From: Vicugna vicugna
Lineage: Eukaryota
Direction: 5' to 3'
DNA: 64,000 nucleotides
Assembly (NCBI GenBank): GCA_013265495.1
Contig: MU058103.1
Coordinates: forward strand, 1 to 64,000
Positions 13,239 to 26,010 of this stretch are shown piece by piece. Every line of letters starts with the position of its first letter. The stretch's first letter is position 1. Both the position numbers and the translations under genes were made by a program. The notes under the pieces were generated by a model. The model saw only the letters and a program-made list of their open reading frames with translations, was not told the DNA's origin and did not search any database.

Positions 13239-14033
13239 CTTCCATTCAGAAGAAAGAGAATATTTGACCCTGCTCAAGGGCACCTTGGGAGTAGAGTGAA
13301 GCTGGGTAACTTCCCTGGAAGTTTCTGTAGGAAGGGTAAATCTGTGCTGAACTGTCTGGGAAGAAAGTCACATGATAGAATGGGATTAATTATAAAACAG
13401 AGTCTGATAGCTGAAAGTGTTCTGATGGGCTCCTGGACCATAATCTTTTCTTCAAGATTGATTTTGGGGAACTGAGGCTTATAATGTTAATTGAAGATCA
13501 AAGCAAGACCCTGTGGACAAGCTTCACAAGTAAAAATGTGTTTGTGCAAATACTACTGATTTTCCAAGATGTGCAGCTGAGAGAAGAAGTAAGTTGGAAG
13601 GTGTTAATTTGCCTCCTTAACACTTGTATTGTCTCAACTTTGAATTTTGATGCTAATATGCCAGCACTAAAGTGATCAGGAGAATTGTTGCAGTTTTTTA
13701 GTACACAGTATAATGTGAAAGATAACATGTGTTTTGGGCTGAAAAGTAAATCTAGTCAGAGAAGGAAGTTTCAAATTGAATACAGGTAGTTTTAAAAAAT
13801 CCTCAAAAAATTTTCTTGGATAAAATTATTCATTGATAGCATATGAAATCCAAATTGAACATATCTGGATGTTTTTAAAGTGCAGTTTGTGTATGACTCA
13901 GTTTTACCAAAAATAAAACTTCGCTTGTCTACAGAATAATCAGCAGAAATCAAGTGAGTGCTGTTTAATAATCAAAGCTGTCCATGGGAACTGAGATTTA
14001 TCCACACATTTGCCCATGTAAGAGCCAGACCAT

Positions 14034-14303
14034 GGTGCTAGTTTACACAGAAGTTGAAAGTGCATTCTAGTGCATCTTTTTCCTAAAGAGATCTAGCTAA
14101 GTTTACTTTCTGTCTGATCTTGAAGTTAAAAAAAAAAAATTTTGAGTAGTGAACAAAGAAAGGCAGAAGGTGCTAGTTTACACAGAAGTTGAAAGTGCAT
14201 TCTAGTGCATCTTTTTCCTAAAGAGATCTAGCTAAGTTTACTTTCTGTCTGATCTTGAAGTTAAAAAAAAAAAAATTCTGAGTAGTGACCAAAGAATGGC
14301 AGA
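14034..14303. repeat. Direct tandem duplication, 135-bp period (possibly an assembly artefact)
   Basis: 14034-14167 repeated at 14169-14303. Confidence 0.95.
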
Positions 14304-14569
14304 TCATTTATTCATATGTTCATTTGCTACTTATTCTCTATCAGTAAAACTATGGCTGGTTAGTTCATTGATAAGAGCACCTGTATTGAAGAGGTTAGAT
14401 ATTGTCAAATCTAGACATTTCCTCAGTTATTATTCTCCTCCTTTCATCCATTTCTCCTTCCCTTGTTCCTTTCAGCCTTCCTTCAACAAGCATGTACTGA
14501 AAACCAACTAATCCTCAGCAAGCATTGGGAGTAAAAAAGTTAAGTTCCCTATACTATTGATGAAATATG

Positions 14570-14757
14570 CAGGGGTCAGCCATTTTTTCCCCCAAAGGAC
14601 CAAAGAGTAAATATTGTAGACTTTATGGTCTCTGTCACAACTACTCAACTCTGCTGTAGTGAAAAAGCAGCCACAGTGAATACTTACACAGTTAGGTGTG
14701 GCTGTGCCCCAGTGAGACTGTGTTTACATAGACAGGCAGCAGATTGGCTGGCAGACT
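14570..14757 (+). mobile_element. MER58A-like hAT MITE
   Basis: caggggtcagc...gtaaatatt...ggtctctgtcacaactactcaactctgc...gtgtggctgtg. Confidence 0.85.
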
Positions 14758-14779
14758 AGATATTCCAATGCACACAAGA

Positions 14780-14950
14780 TGTTGGAGGAGATGGTGAGGT
14801 GCACAAAGGACTCTGGGGCTCCATTCCCAGCTTCATTCCTTTTCAGCCTTGCTAATTACCTCATTCTATTACCTCATTTATAAATGTAGATATTGCTGTT
14901 TGCTTGCTTGATTTGAGTTATTGTGAGGATCAAACTATAAGAATAAATGT
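14780..14950 (+). mobile_element. MIR fragment (host of the vic-1 insertion)
   Basis: cctcatttataaatgtaga...gttattgtgaggatcaaa. Confidence 0.55.
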
Positions 14951-14956
14951 ATTTCA

Positions 14957-15111
14957 GGGGAGAGGAGGGTATAGTTCAGTGGTAGAGCAAGTGCTTAGCA
15001 TTCCTGAGGTCCTAGTTCAATCCCCAGTACCTTCATTAATATAAATAAATAAGTAAATAAACCTAATTACCTCCCCTCCAAAACAAAAACAAAACAAAAA
15101 ATAAATAAAGA
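14957..15111 (+). mobile_element. Camelid vic-1-type tRNA-derived SINE with an 18-bp TSD
   Basis: GGGGAGAGGAGGGTATAGTTCAGTGGTAGAGC...GTTCAATCCCCAGTACC...CCTAATTACCTCCCC plus A-rich tail. Perfect TSD AAGAATAAATGTATTTCA at 14939-14956 and 15112-15129. Confidence 0.9.
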
Positions 15112-18100
15112 AAGAATAAATGTATTTCAAATTAAATCTATCCACCTCTTTTTATAGATCTTCATAAGCATGTTATATACACATATAATCTTTCAGGGTA
15201 AGTTATATTCTTTGTATATAACTCTAGAGAGCAGTAGTAAGACCAATCAGAGAGCAGAGATCACCTTTCCATATCTTAGGTTTTTTAATCATACACTGTT
15301 TTGCAATGCATATACATCAGTATTCAATTTGATTTATTTTTCCATTTCCTACCATTTTTGAAACAGAAGAAATGTGGCACGTGTTCCCTAAACTGACAGG
15401 TCCAACATTAGAGATTTATAGTGGCAGAGTCAAGATAAGAATCTGTATTTTCTTATCACCTAAGCAATTACAAGAACAAGATTTTTTAAATGAAAGGAAA
15501 AAGTAAACAAACCCCTAAATTTGTGGTATACGTACAGAGAAGGCCTACTTGCTTACAGTAAGAGTAATTTTATAGTAAATAGGCATCCTTCTCCAATTGC
15601 TGATTTTAATGGCTGAGAAAGATTTTAAGACTGTTACTATGATAATACAAGACAGAAAAGACATTGTTCTGGTAAGATAGATTTGTCCCTTCCCAATTTA
15701 CTCCAAATGACAAAACGTCTAGAGTTTTTGTAAAAAAAGTACTCCTGATCCCTTTATCTAAATTTCCTATTTTCTTTATATAGGACATTATGGCTCAAAG
15801 TCGTTGCTGTTTTTTTTTTCCCCCTTTAAATTGAATCTGTAATGTGTACTAATAGTCTCCTGATGTGTAAGCTGCCTTTAAAACTACCTTGATCTTGAGA
15901 CCATTGTACATTTTTCTTGGCTTCTCTGATGTAGCTTCTGGGCTATAATTTAACCTTAGTTCTGTATAACTGTTGCTTACAAAGCTTCCAAAATAGCCGT
16001 ATTTTATGACTTGAAGATTTTAGCAAGATTGAGTACATTAAATATATATTCTGGAGAAGGATACCTTCTCATATTATGCTGTATTAATGTTAATTTGGAA
16101 AATTCTTTTTGCATGTTTCTCTACAATCACATAGCCCCATACACAAACTCTGAATGCAGTCAGCGTGATGATGAAGAAAAGATTAGGAATAAGAGCTTTG
16201 TATCTTCATGGAGAAGCACTACAATTTTAAATTGAAGTCTTCCAAACCCTTAAGACTTTCTTCAGTGCCACTCCAAATGATCTTATCCATCCTATCTTCC
16301 TATTAATCCTCTTGTGAAGAAAATTCATACCAGCCACGCTGAATAGCAGTTCCTATAAAGGCCACTATCTTCCAACATTTGTTTTTTGTTTCAGTGTAGT
16401 TTTTTTTTTTCTAATAAACTTCGTCTTTAGGCAGAAAAGTCTCAAAAGGTCACGTCCCAGTGCCCCAGGGTCATCTGTGTATTCATCCAAGAGACTGGGA
16501 CTGCAAAAGACTTTGATTCAAGAAGATCTAGAAATCAGAGATTCTTTAACTAGTGGTCATAAATTCCTATCCCCTGCTACTCACAGAACTTATTCATGTA
16601 AGATAATCAATAAGCGACTTTATGTACAGCAAATATCCTGAGCTGAAGCATCACAAATGCAGTTGGGTTGAGTTTTTCCACGCTCTCTTTAGGAACTGTG
16701 AAATTAGATGATCTGGAATAATGAAATGGGCCAAATGTCTAAGACTGAACTACTTTCTCTCAGCTATCTCCTTTTAAGAGGGGTTGAGGAGAGCTTTGAA
16801 ATACTGGGCCGAGTATGATTGTTTAAATTTGACCTCCTGTAGTGTATCCGTGTGCCACTGAACAAGCTACAGTGATACTCTAAGTCTCATTTGCTGTCTA
16901 TGAAGAGTGGTTAATGTGATAAAATAAGACGGATATATTATGTGTGTCATTTACATTTGAGAGCCATGATAAATGTTAACCTCTGCTCCTATAAAAGCAC
17001 ATCCTGGCTTTCCTAGGCAACTAGAGGCCACCCTCTTTGCCTCTTAACCTTGAGTTACTTTTAAGAAAAAGGCTTGTGGCCTTTCTGTACATACTGTAAA
17101 GAATCTCTAGAGACTGCTTTTCTCAAAAGTGGCCAAGGTAATTGGAAGGCATTTACAAACTTTTTAGCCTATCCAGTGGATTCAAATGTGCATGTTTGTA
17201 TTTCACAGAATGCCTGACACTAAAGGAATATATCTCTGACATTTTATTCTACTGAGGGTACTCCTCTGGACTTCCAGTCCATTCCCTTACATCTTTCTGC
17301 TAACTGTGTTTTTCTGGCTAAAGAACATTTAGCTAAAATGTCATAGCCGGAATTCTTGCACCAACTGAGGGACTGTTTATGCAGATATCCAGTTTATTAC
17401 CAATTAGAGTCTTGGTCTTCACCTTTATGAAGACTTTTTTGTCTAGTGGACTAACAATCCTTGAGGGGTTAGGTTCTTTCTATATATACCCTAAATAGAT
17501 TGAAGTGGTCATGCTCATGGCTTCATCTTTCTGACTACCTTAATTCTTGTTTCACCATTTAAGAAGTTTTGGAGGGGAAGGCTGTCTCTAGAGGCGGACT
17601 TGGCATTTTTACCTAACTGAATCATTTGAGAAACCGTCCAAAACACAGAAATGTCCATAAAGAAACCTCACTCTTCACCCTCAAACCTCCAATTCCTACA
17701 CTGTTACTTAAAAAAAAATTCCTTAGAAGTTAGACTGAGGAAATAATGGCATTTAATAAAAACACAGGTTTTTGCCATCTATTCCTCCATGGGAAATCAC
17801 CTGCTATACTCAGGACTCATGTTTTCTAGGGGCATATCCTTGGGCAAATTATTTACCAGGAAATTCTCATCTTTTTGAGCTCTGAGTGCTCCTTCGGTCC
17901 TCACACATCTCATGAACCAGTCCTTTTGAACAATTGACTTGATGGTCACCACACCTAAATCTTTCTTGATGTGTGGTAAGTACAGAGAGACATATTGAAA
18001 ACATTAACAAAATTGTATGAACAGAATGAGTCAGAGAGAGACAGTATAGAGAATTCTCTTATAATAAATCCTGTACTACCTTCACAATAGTCCATTTTTC

Positions 18101-19147
18101 AATGATGATAGTGTTACTGTGTCAAATATCTCTTGTTCCACTTTCCTTTTCTGATGAAGAAGTCAGAGAGGCTTACGTCCACATTAACCATCTACCTCCT
18201 AACTACTAGGCAATCCTTAAAACTCACAGGTCCAAATTTACCCAAGCTCCTTGTACACAGAAGTGATTACTCTTACAAAGGAAAAATAAAAGGGGCAGTG
18301 GGATAAGAGAGAACTATTTACTATCCATGGGTTCAGGTTCAGTATGCTCTAGGCTTTTTGCCTTATGAGACTTGTACAAGGTAACTAAAGATGGAACTGA
18401 CTCAGATAAGTTGACTTTTGCAATTGGAAACTCTGAAGAGATACTACTCTTAAAGAGGCAGTGTAATCAATCTCTAATTATAAATCTAGCAAAATTTCTC
18501 TGTTTTATATCATAGTTTTATGCTTTAAGAAAATCTTTATATGTAATTTTTGCTTTTCCTAATACCCTGAACACTATATAGTCTGTAACGCTTTTAAACT
18601 AATCAACTGTAACAAATTAAGTGGAGTGGCACACCTGGCCCTGCACAGTTCCTTGGGTATACACTGGGTGGTGATTGCTAAGACATGACTAGTCCCATCT
18701 TGGAGTTCTTTGGTATATTCTGTTAATATCTAAAGCTTCTGTACCGTCAGATGACTAATTTTATTCAGCTTAAGGACAACTCCTTTGCTGTTTTGGCCTG
18801 AGATCTTCTCTCATAGTTACTTGTTGCTGTGTTCTTTGTGTCTTCCTTTGGATTTGGTCCTAGGGGATCCTCTCAAATTTGTTTTGTCATTACTCTACTT
18901 GTTCCCTCAGAGAATGCCTTGACATGCCACAGACTTTCAAACCAGTATCCACCATATAGGAATTGAGGGAGTTTCAAGAATCCTAGGTTAATTTTCCCAC
19001 ATGCCCACTCATTGGATAATCATGGATTTCTATTCTTTTAACTATTATGGTATGCCCCACTTAGCCAGATCCCCTGCAGAAGAGTGCCTTTTAAATTTCC
19101 CTAAAAGATGAGTCAAGAATTCTTGTGAATTCAACTTCCAGCATAAC

Positions 19148-19270
19148 AGTATGAGGACTCTCCAGAGGAACAGAACCAATAGGATTTGCATAGAGTATTG
19201 AGAGGCTTCATGCAGATAAATAGACAGATAGATAGATAAGTAGATAGGTAGATATAGATATATATGACTT
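19148..19270 (-). mobile_element. MLT2-like LTR fragment with GATA-type microsatellite
   Basis: ctctccagaggaacagaaccaatagga is the characteristic MLT2 terminus, followed by (GATA)n-like repeats. Confidence 0.65.
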
Positions 19271-19289
19271 TCTAGACTAGACTTTCTCA

Positions 19290-19732
19290 GGAATATGTTA
19301 CAGTGCATGACAAATGGAATTAAGATTGCCTATCAGCATACTTTATAATGGAGAAATTATCTTGGATTATTGGTATGGGCTCTATGTAATCACAAGGATC
19401 TTTAAAGGTGGAAGAGTATGGCAGAAGAACATAGTCAGAGAGAGATGTGATGAAAGGATGGTCAGGAAGATTTAACATTGTTGGGATTGAGATGGAGGAA
19501 ATGGGCCATGAGCCAAGGAATGTGGATTGTTCTTAGGAAACTTTAAAAACTAAGGAAATGGATGACCCTAGGGTTTCCAGGAACAAATACCACTCCCTTG
19601 AAACTTTGAGTTTACTCTACTGAGACCCAGTGAGACCTCTGACCTATAGAACTGTAAGAAAATATATTCGTGTTGGGTTAAGCCACCAAATTTAATGGTT
19701 ATTTGTTATAGTAGAAATTGTAAACTAATAAT
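19290..19732 (+). mobile_element. MaLR LTR (MLT1D/E-like)
   Basis: ggagaaattatcttggatta...aatcacaagg...ctctgacctatagaactgtaag...aaactaata. Confidence 0.85.
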
Positions 19733-20118
19733 AATAAACAGGTCTAACCTCTTCTCTTTTACTTTACGTTATTCCCCTACTATTTTCTTAACAGGTGAAA
19801 AAAATTAACTGCCTTACAAAATTAATCTAGCTTCTCTTTGACTTCACTCTGTGAATGAACTCCATTACTAGAAATAATGTTTCAGGCACAAGCTTAAAAA
19901 ACAAACAAAAAACTCTCTTTAAAATATCTATTTTAGCCTTTGTAGTAATTTAACAACTGTCCCTACCTAAACCTAAGAAATTATCCTTTTATATATAATA
20001 AGGACCCCATTCTTGATTATCAATAAAATCTACTCACTCTGGGGTTAACCCACAGTGTGGACTCAAATTCAGTTGTGATCAGGATTTGCTTAACATTCTA
20101 ATTCTTGACAGAAGAGTA

Positions 20119-20579
20119 CTGTTATGGGTTGAGTTGTACTTTCCCCCTCTTTCATATTTTGAAGTCCTAAGCTCCAATGCCTCAGTATGCGACTTCAGTA
20201 GGAAACAAGGTCATAGCAGATGTAATTAGTTAAGTTAAGATGAATTCATGCAGGAGTAGAATGGGCCCCTAGTCCAATATGACTAGTGTCTTTATAAAAA
20301 AAGACACAGACACACACAAACATGGATAAAACTATATAAAGATGAAGGCAGAGATTAAGGTGATTCTTCTTTAAATCAAAGAATGACAAAGATCAGCAAC
20401 CCACTAGAAGCTGGGGGAACACAATGAACAGATTCTTCCTCACAGCCCTTAGAAGGAACCAACCTCACTAACAAACTAATGGTAGCCTTCTTGCCTCCAT
20501 AAATGTGAGGTGATAAATTTATGTTGTTTAAGCCACTCAGTTTGTGGTACTTTGTTATGGTAGCCCTAGCAAAGTAATA
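20119..20579 (+). mobile_element. MaLR solo LTR (MLT1B/C-like)
   Basis: Starts tgttatgggttgagttgt; gatgtaattagttaag; ends gtttgtggtactttgttatggtagccctagcaaagtaata. Confidence 0.9.
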
Positions 20580-21179
20580 GTGATTTGCTTATCATATAGT
20601 CATTGAACAAAGCTGCATGGTTACCAACACTAAGAACAGTGATACCTGCAGCAACACATACATTTCAAAGGCCTTTATAAGAAAGACTAAGATTACTGAA
20701 GTCAGATATGCTTCAGAAACTTTAATCTCTGTTGGTGGCTTATTGAATCTCAAGTGCCTACTTCTCTTTTGTAGGGATTTTTGCCTCATGACCATAAACT
20801 AGGCATTTTCAGAATGACCTTTAATAAAATCCCTCTTTCCTTCTGCATTGTGAAGCTCACTGAAATATATACATTGGAGTCTAAAAGAGATTAAATGTTA
20901 ATATTTGCTTTATTAACAATAAAGCTGGATTTCAGATTTCAGATCTGGTGACCCAGTTGGACCTATCAATATCTTCCTAAATTTAGACATGCATCCAGTC
21001 CACCCATGGACTTCTGACTCATAACTTCTCAATCCTGAGTTAAGTCAGTTCTTCTTTCGTGTGGAGGGTTTAGAGAGTGATGGAACTAGTGTAGAGGCCT
21101 CCCCAGTTTTTTCATATATCTGGTGAAGGAAGAAAAATCCATGGTTAATAAAAATATTGACAATTAAAAAAACACATAA

Positions 21180-21547
21180 TGACTTAATACATTCAGGTTG
21201 CCTTAACAAAAATATCACAACCTGAGTGTCTTAGAAACAATATAAATTTATTTCTCATAATTCTAGAGGTTAAGGAGTCCATGATCAAGGCATTGGCAAA
21301 TTTAGCATCTGGTGAGAGCCTGCTTCCTGGTTCAGAGATGGCCACTTTCTTGCTGTTACCTCACATGGTAGAAGGGGAAAGGAGACTCTCTGGGGTCTCT
21401 TTAATAATGGCACTAATCTCAATTATGAGGGCTCCACTTTTATGATCTAATTACCTCTTAAAGACTCTGCCTCCAAATACCAACACAATGGGGGTTATGT
21501 TTCAACATATTAATTATGGGGGATACAGATATTCAGTCTATATCACA
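21180..21547 (-). mobile_element. MaLR solo LTR (MLT1A-like)
   Basis: aaatttatttctcataattctagagg...tctggtgagagcctgcttcctggttca...cactaatc...attcagtctatatca. Confidence 0.88.
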
Positions 21548-21689
21548 CATAAACAAGTGAACAAAACTAGAATTCATGTACTTAGCACTTACAGTGGGTA
21601 GATCTATGCCCTAAATGCTAATTTTCTCATTTAATCCTCACTAGAACGTTATGCAGTAGGATACATAATACCTCTCCATTAAAATTTTA

Positions 21690-22140
21690 CCAATTGTTCA
21701 AATAATGTCCTCTACAGGAAGAGAATCCAGTTCTGAGTAACACTGCATTGAGTTGGCCTATCTCCTTTTATTCCTTTAATACAGACCACTTCCTTATTCC
21801 TCATTTTGTGATTAAGTGATTACAGGTCACTTATTGTATAGAAAGTCTCTCAATCTAGGTTTGTCTGATATTTTCTCATAAGATTTAGTTCATTCATTTT
21901 TTGGAGGAAGGACAGGTAAGTCTCTTTAACTAGTGTTCTATATTCTTACTACGTTCTCTAAGATTGCACATGATTCTGCTTTTTCTTATTACAGTTGATG
22001 TTTACTTTGATCACTTGATGAAGGGGCTGTCTGCTAGGCTTCTCCATTTTAAAGTTACTTTTTGTAATTAGTAAGTACTTTTTGGTAGAGTTACTGAAGG
22101 ACCTGAATATCCCACTTCCTATCAAGCTTTTAACTTTTTC
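21690..22140 (-). mobile_element. L1MC-like 3' UTR fragment
   Basis: tctcaatctaggtttgtctgata, actttgatcacttgatgaagg...tctgctaggcttctcca. Confidence 0.75.
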
Positions 22141-22759
22141 TCTAACATCCCATACTGGCCTTTCCCTTGCACAAAAGCATTCCTCACCCTGCACTGTGCA
22201 CCAGTACTTTGCCCTATGCCTCTGTCTCTATTTGTAGACACTCTTCACACTCAATTGATCTCTAACACTTTGTTCTGCACACCCATACTGTGCATACTTT
22301 GAACACCTGTCTCATTTGGCTCCCCCAGTGGTTTTGGGGTGGTATTGTTAAGAAAGGAAAAGGAAAAAAGGAGGAATAATTATTCCAATATAAAGATGAA
22401 GGACAATACAGTATGATGAAGGAAAAATTGAGGTCTGGATACTTGACTCAAGCTTATTTACTCCTTAGTTCAACAGATGATTGAATGCTGGAGAGACAAT
22501 AGTGAAGAATAGATCCTTCATAGTGGTAGATCAGAATATGATACTGTTAATCCTTGTTTTGCACTGTGCTGAGTATTTTATCTCAATTTCCTTTTCCTGT
22601 CCCAGCAACAGTTGCCTCAGTTGAAATGAAAGGTTTTCCTCAGTGTTCTCCAGAGTCTTTTGTTCCTATGATGTTCTTTGTTTCACCGAAAGTCAGTGAA
22701 AAGGTCCTTTATACAGAGGCTTTGTTTCTTCCTATCAGCATTTATGGTTTTCATTGTGT

Positions 22760-23357
22760 TTTTTAAAGAGCTATCTCATTTCATATCCAAATTAAGTTAC
22801 TGATAGTACTGAAAAAAATCAATTCTTTATCATTATTCTTGCAATTGGATACCTCTCTGACTTGCGACTTCATTATATCAAGTAGAAGTGGGACCTGTTA
22901 TTAGATTTTCATCTTGCAGTAGGAGGAAAGTCTAGGGTACATGGAAATTCAATTATACACTCAGCAACTGAGGAAATGATTACAAGATGAATCTGTAGAC
23001 CCACTATGACTGAAATTTCAGCATGAAACTCTATCATCTGGCTGCCAGAAGACTACATACTAACTAGTGGACCATTGTGGCATCTTGGGTTTGCAAGGAT
23101 TTGTCAATTAGTATCAGTTTAAGTTCTTCTATTCCTCAGTTACACAGTCAGGTTCCCTCAGTAAATGGCTTCAGTTCCATTTGGAGAATTCCTGGGGGGA
23201 AGATTTAAGGAACAAAGCTGCAACATTTTTGAGGGGTTTTTCTCAATGAATACCAGCCTTCAAGCCAGGTATTATGGTCTATAATCTGAGTTAAAACCCA
23301 GAAATCTCCATTCTGGCCACCAGGCTGAGCTGTTCCTGCTATATGTATTGTAGTAGG
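22760..23357 (-). mobile_element. ERVL internal region (gag end/protease), decayed, left part
   Basis: Minus strand aaatcttcccccagg...gccatttactgaggg and cccaagatgccacaatggtccactagt match the recalled ERVL gag-pro junction. Confidence 0.7.
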
Positions 23358-24576
23358 TCTAAATCATCATAAACAGACTGTTGGTTGACATATACACGTT
23401 CAGAAGTAAATGGGGATCATATGATTATAAGAGGAGGAAAGAAATTTCTTGCTGTATAGTAGCAGAATTGTGTCCTATAGTCATGTGAGAAGGAAAACAT
23501 GGTAGTAATTACCTTAGATATTTAACTAAGAAGATTTATATGTAAAATGTTGAAGAAGAGTTCTAGATTAGTCTCGCTGCTTAGAGTAAAATAAGACATA
23601 AATTTAGGGAAGGACTATTAAGTGATAGAGAAACAGATCTTGATGATTTGGGAAATTCTTAGCCTATACAGATGGCAAAAGATATTAAAATTAAAAGATT
23701 CATTGTTAGAAAAGTGAGTTCTGTAGAGAAAGCCAAGTGTGTATATGAGAAATCCTTTGCTAGTGCCTCAGAAGAATCAATAGGTCAGAGCATTCAATCA
23801 CAGAGAGGGCTTTTTAAAGAGATTAGGCATGCGATTCAGGGATCCCCAAAGCTATCTCAGCAAAGCCAGGAATAAAGAGGAAATTATCCAGGAACGATCT
23901 GTGAAGGAGCCTTATGTCTAATGGAATGAATTCCATGACATATATTGGAGACTCACAGAGTTCTTAAGAATCTTCTAACAGTAGTGACACTGCCAGATTA
24001 ACCAAAAATGATAAAGAAAAAATGAAATGAGAGAAGGATGCGAGACTCACAAAATTCTACAGGTAGTAAACAGGCTGATAAAACTACTCAGCCTCAAACA
24101 TGTACTATTCTTCATTAAATAAGAGAAGAGGACTCTGAAATTGGAGCCATAGACTCAAATGGAGGAGCCCTGATCCACAAAAGATTATTCCCAGACCTTG
24201 AGACCTAATGAAGTTTGCCCAACTGTATGTCAAAATTGCTTGAGAATGATGACTACTTTTGGCCATCCACTTTCTCCCTTTTAAAACAGAAATGTATACA
24301 ATTTTTATCTTATGTCTACTCTGCAGTTTGGGACAGATAACCCTTCTAACTTTACAGCTCTACAGATGAAGAAGAATTTTGTCTGAAGTTGGATCATACT
24401 CAGAATCTTGCCCTTGCCTGATTTTGATGATTTATTTGATGAGATATGAGACATTTTAGTTAATGATATTTAGATGAGATTTTGAGCTTTGAGTTGATGC
24501 TGTTGAGATTTGTGGGAATATTGGGATGAGATGAATGTATTTTGTGTGTGGAACAGACATAAGTCTGTATATTGAC
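23358..24576 (+). mobile_element. MaLR internal sequence (MLT1-int), 5'-truncated
   Basis: agactgttggt..., gctgcttagagtaaaat, gatgatttgggaaattcttagccta, cttgcccttgcctgattttgatga, gggatgagatgaatgtattttg preceding an LTR. Confidence 0.8.
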
Positions 24577-25080
24577 TCTGGTTGAGTAAGTAGCACCTTC
24601 TGTACAAAATTTCCATTTCTCAATCCATTGTACCTGTGAATTACTTTGCTTTACATGGCAAAAGGGACTTTGCATATGTGCTCAGATTAAGTTAAGAATG
24701 TTGAGATGGGCAAATTATTCTGTATTATCCAGGTTAATCCAGGTAAATGTAATCACAAGGGAAGCAGAGAGAAATAATATGTGATGATAGAAGCAGAGGT
24801 CAGGAGAAAGAGGTAGAAAGAGGGAGAGAGAGGAGGAGAAGGAGAGAGAGAGGTTTGAAGATGGAGAAAGGGGCCGTAAGCCATGTTACAGGTGGGCTGT
24901 AGAGAATGGAAAAGGTAGGGAAGAGATTCTTCTTCTCTAGAGCCCCTAAAAGAAATGCAGCACTGCCATACCCTGATTTTAGGACTTTCGACCTCCATGA
25001 CTGTAATGTAATACATATGTGTTGCTTAAGGTCACTCAGTTTGTGATAATTTGTTAAAGCAGCAATGAGAAACTAATTCA
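24577..25080 (+). mobile_element. MLT1D-like 3' LTR
   Basis: ttacatggcaaaagggactttgca...gagatggg...tttgtgataatttgttaaagcagcaatgagaaactaattca. Confidence 0.9.
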
Positions 25081-25105
25081 TATATCAAGAAATACTTAAA
25101 AAAAA

Positions 25106-26010
25106 CTGCCCATTTTTCATTTTTTAGGGACACTGTACTACTATGCTGCCCATGAAGATAAATGTGACAGCTGTGTCAATGCCACTGATCACTAACACTC
25201 AGTCTGTGCCATTTCACAATCTCATCAGCACCACTGGCATCAAGGATAACATTTCTGTGATGGCATCTCCTGCTATCTTACTCAGCCTACAGAGGCAACT
25301 CTCTGGGAAGCCCTTTTCTGGGTTATTGCTGCTTCCTCACAAGTTATTTCTCAATACCTTAGTGAAGGAAATATTCTCTAGACCCTCTTGGAACATGTAA
25401 ATGGCAGAGGGGAGAGCCTGTATAGTTCATCTATAGTGAATGAACTCAAATATTCCTATCTTCCAAAGCTTTGGATTCTAGCTTCTCCATTATGATAGGG
25501 ATTTCTAGCATCTCAACTTCATTAAATGTGGGCCACTCACTTTTGAATTCTAACTTTGGTCAATCAACCATATACATATTTACACTTCTAGCTACATAAT
25601 CTAACACACAAAACCCAGAATCTCTGGTAAGTACAATCATGAGCAAATTTCATGTTTGCTGTTCATGTTTACATTGTTCAAAGTTCAATGTAAATATTCT
25701 ATTTTCCTTGGACTTTTAGAATCTATCCCTACATATAGTCAATATGTTTTGTACCATGTATTTTAGGACAATACACCTTAGAAGACCATGTTTTAATTAC
25801 TTTTGAATATCAACTACTTCTTCTAGAATCAGATTTTGTGTTTTCCCTCCCTGGAACATACTGAAATCTGACTCTAGATAAGAATCTAGTGGCAGGAATT
25901 AATTGTGTTGAGTCTTGAAGAGAATAGGCACCTCCTTGCAGGATAACTACCCCAGGTTGGGTTATTGCAGGGTAGCCAAGGGAGAAAAGACTAATACACT
26001 TGGACATAAG
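25106..26010 (-). mobile_element. ERVL gag remnant, right part
   Basis: Minus-strand translation near 25500-25535 gives WPTFNEVEMLEIP, matching the ERVL Gag motif WPT..EVEMPE.PW. Many stops and frameshifts. Confidence 0.8.

Noticed and set aside
13569..13594. Possible 20-nt microexon (ttttccaag|ATGTGCAGCTGAGAGAAGAA|gtaagt)
   Set aside because: Weak acceptor, frame-shifting length and no supporting exons; such motifs are expected by chance in 64 kb.
14957..15035. tRNA-like sequence (also 11560-11636 on the minus strand)
   Set aside because: Head of a SINE with an AT-rich body and A-tail (the plus-strand copy has an 18-bp TSD); mutated stems; not a tRNA gene.
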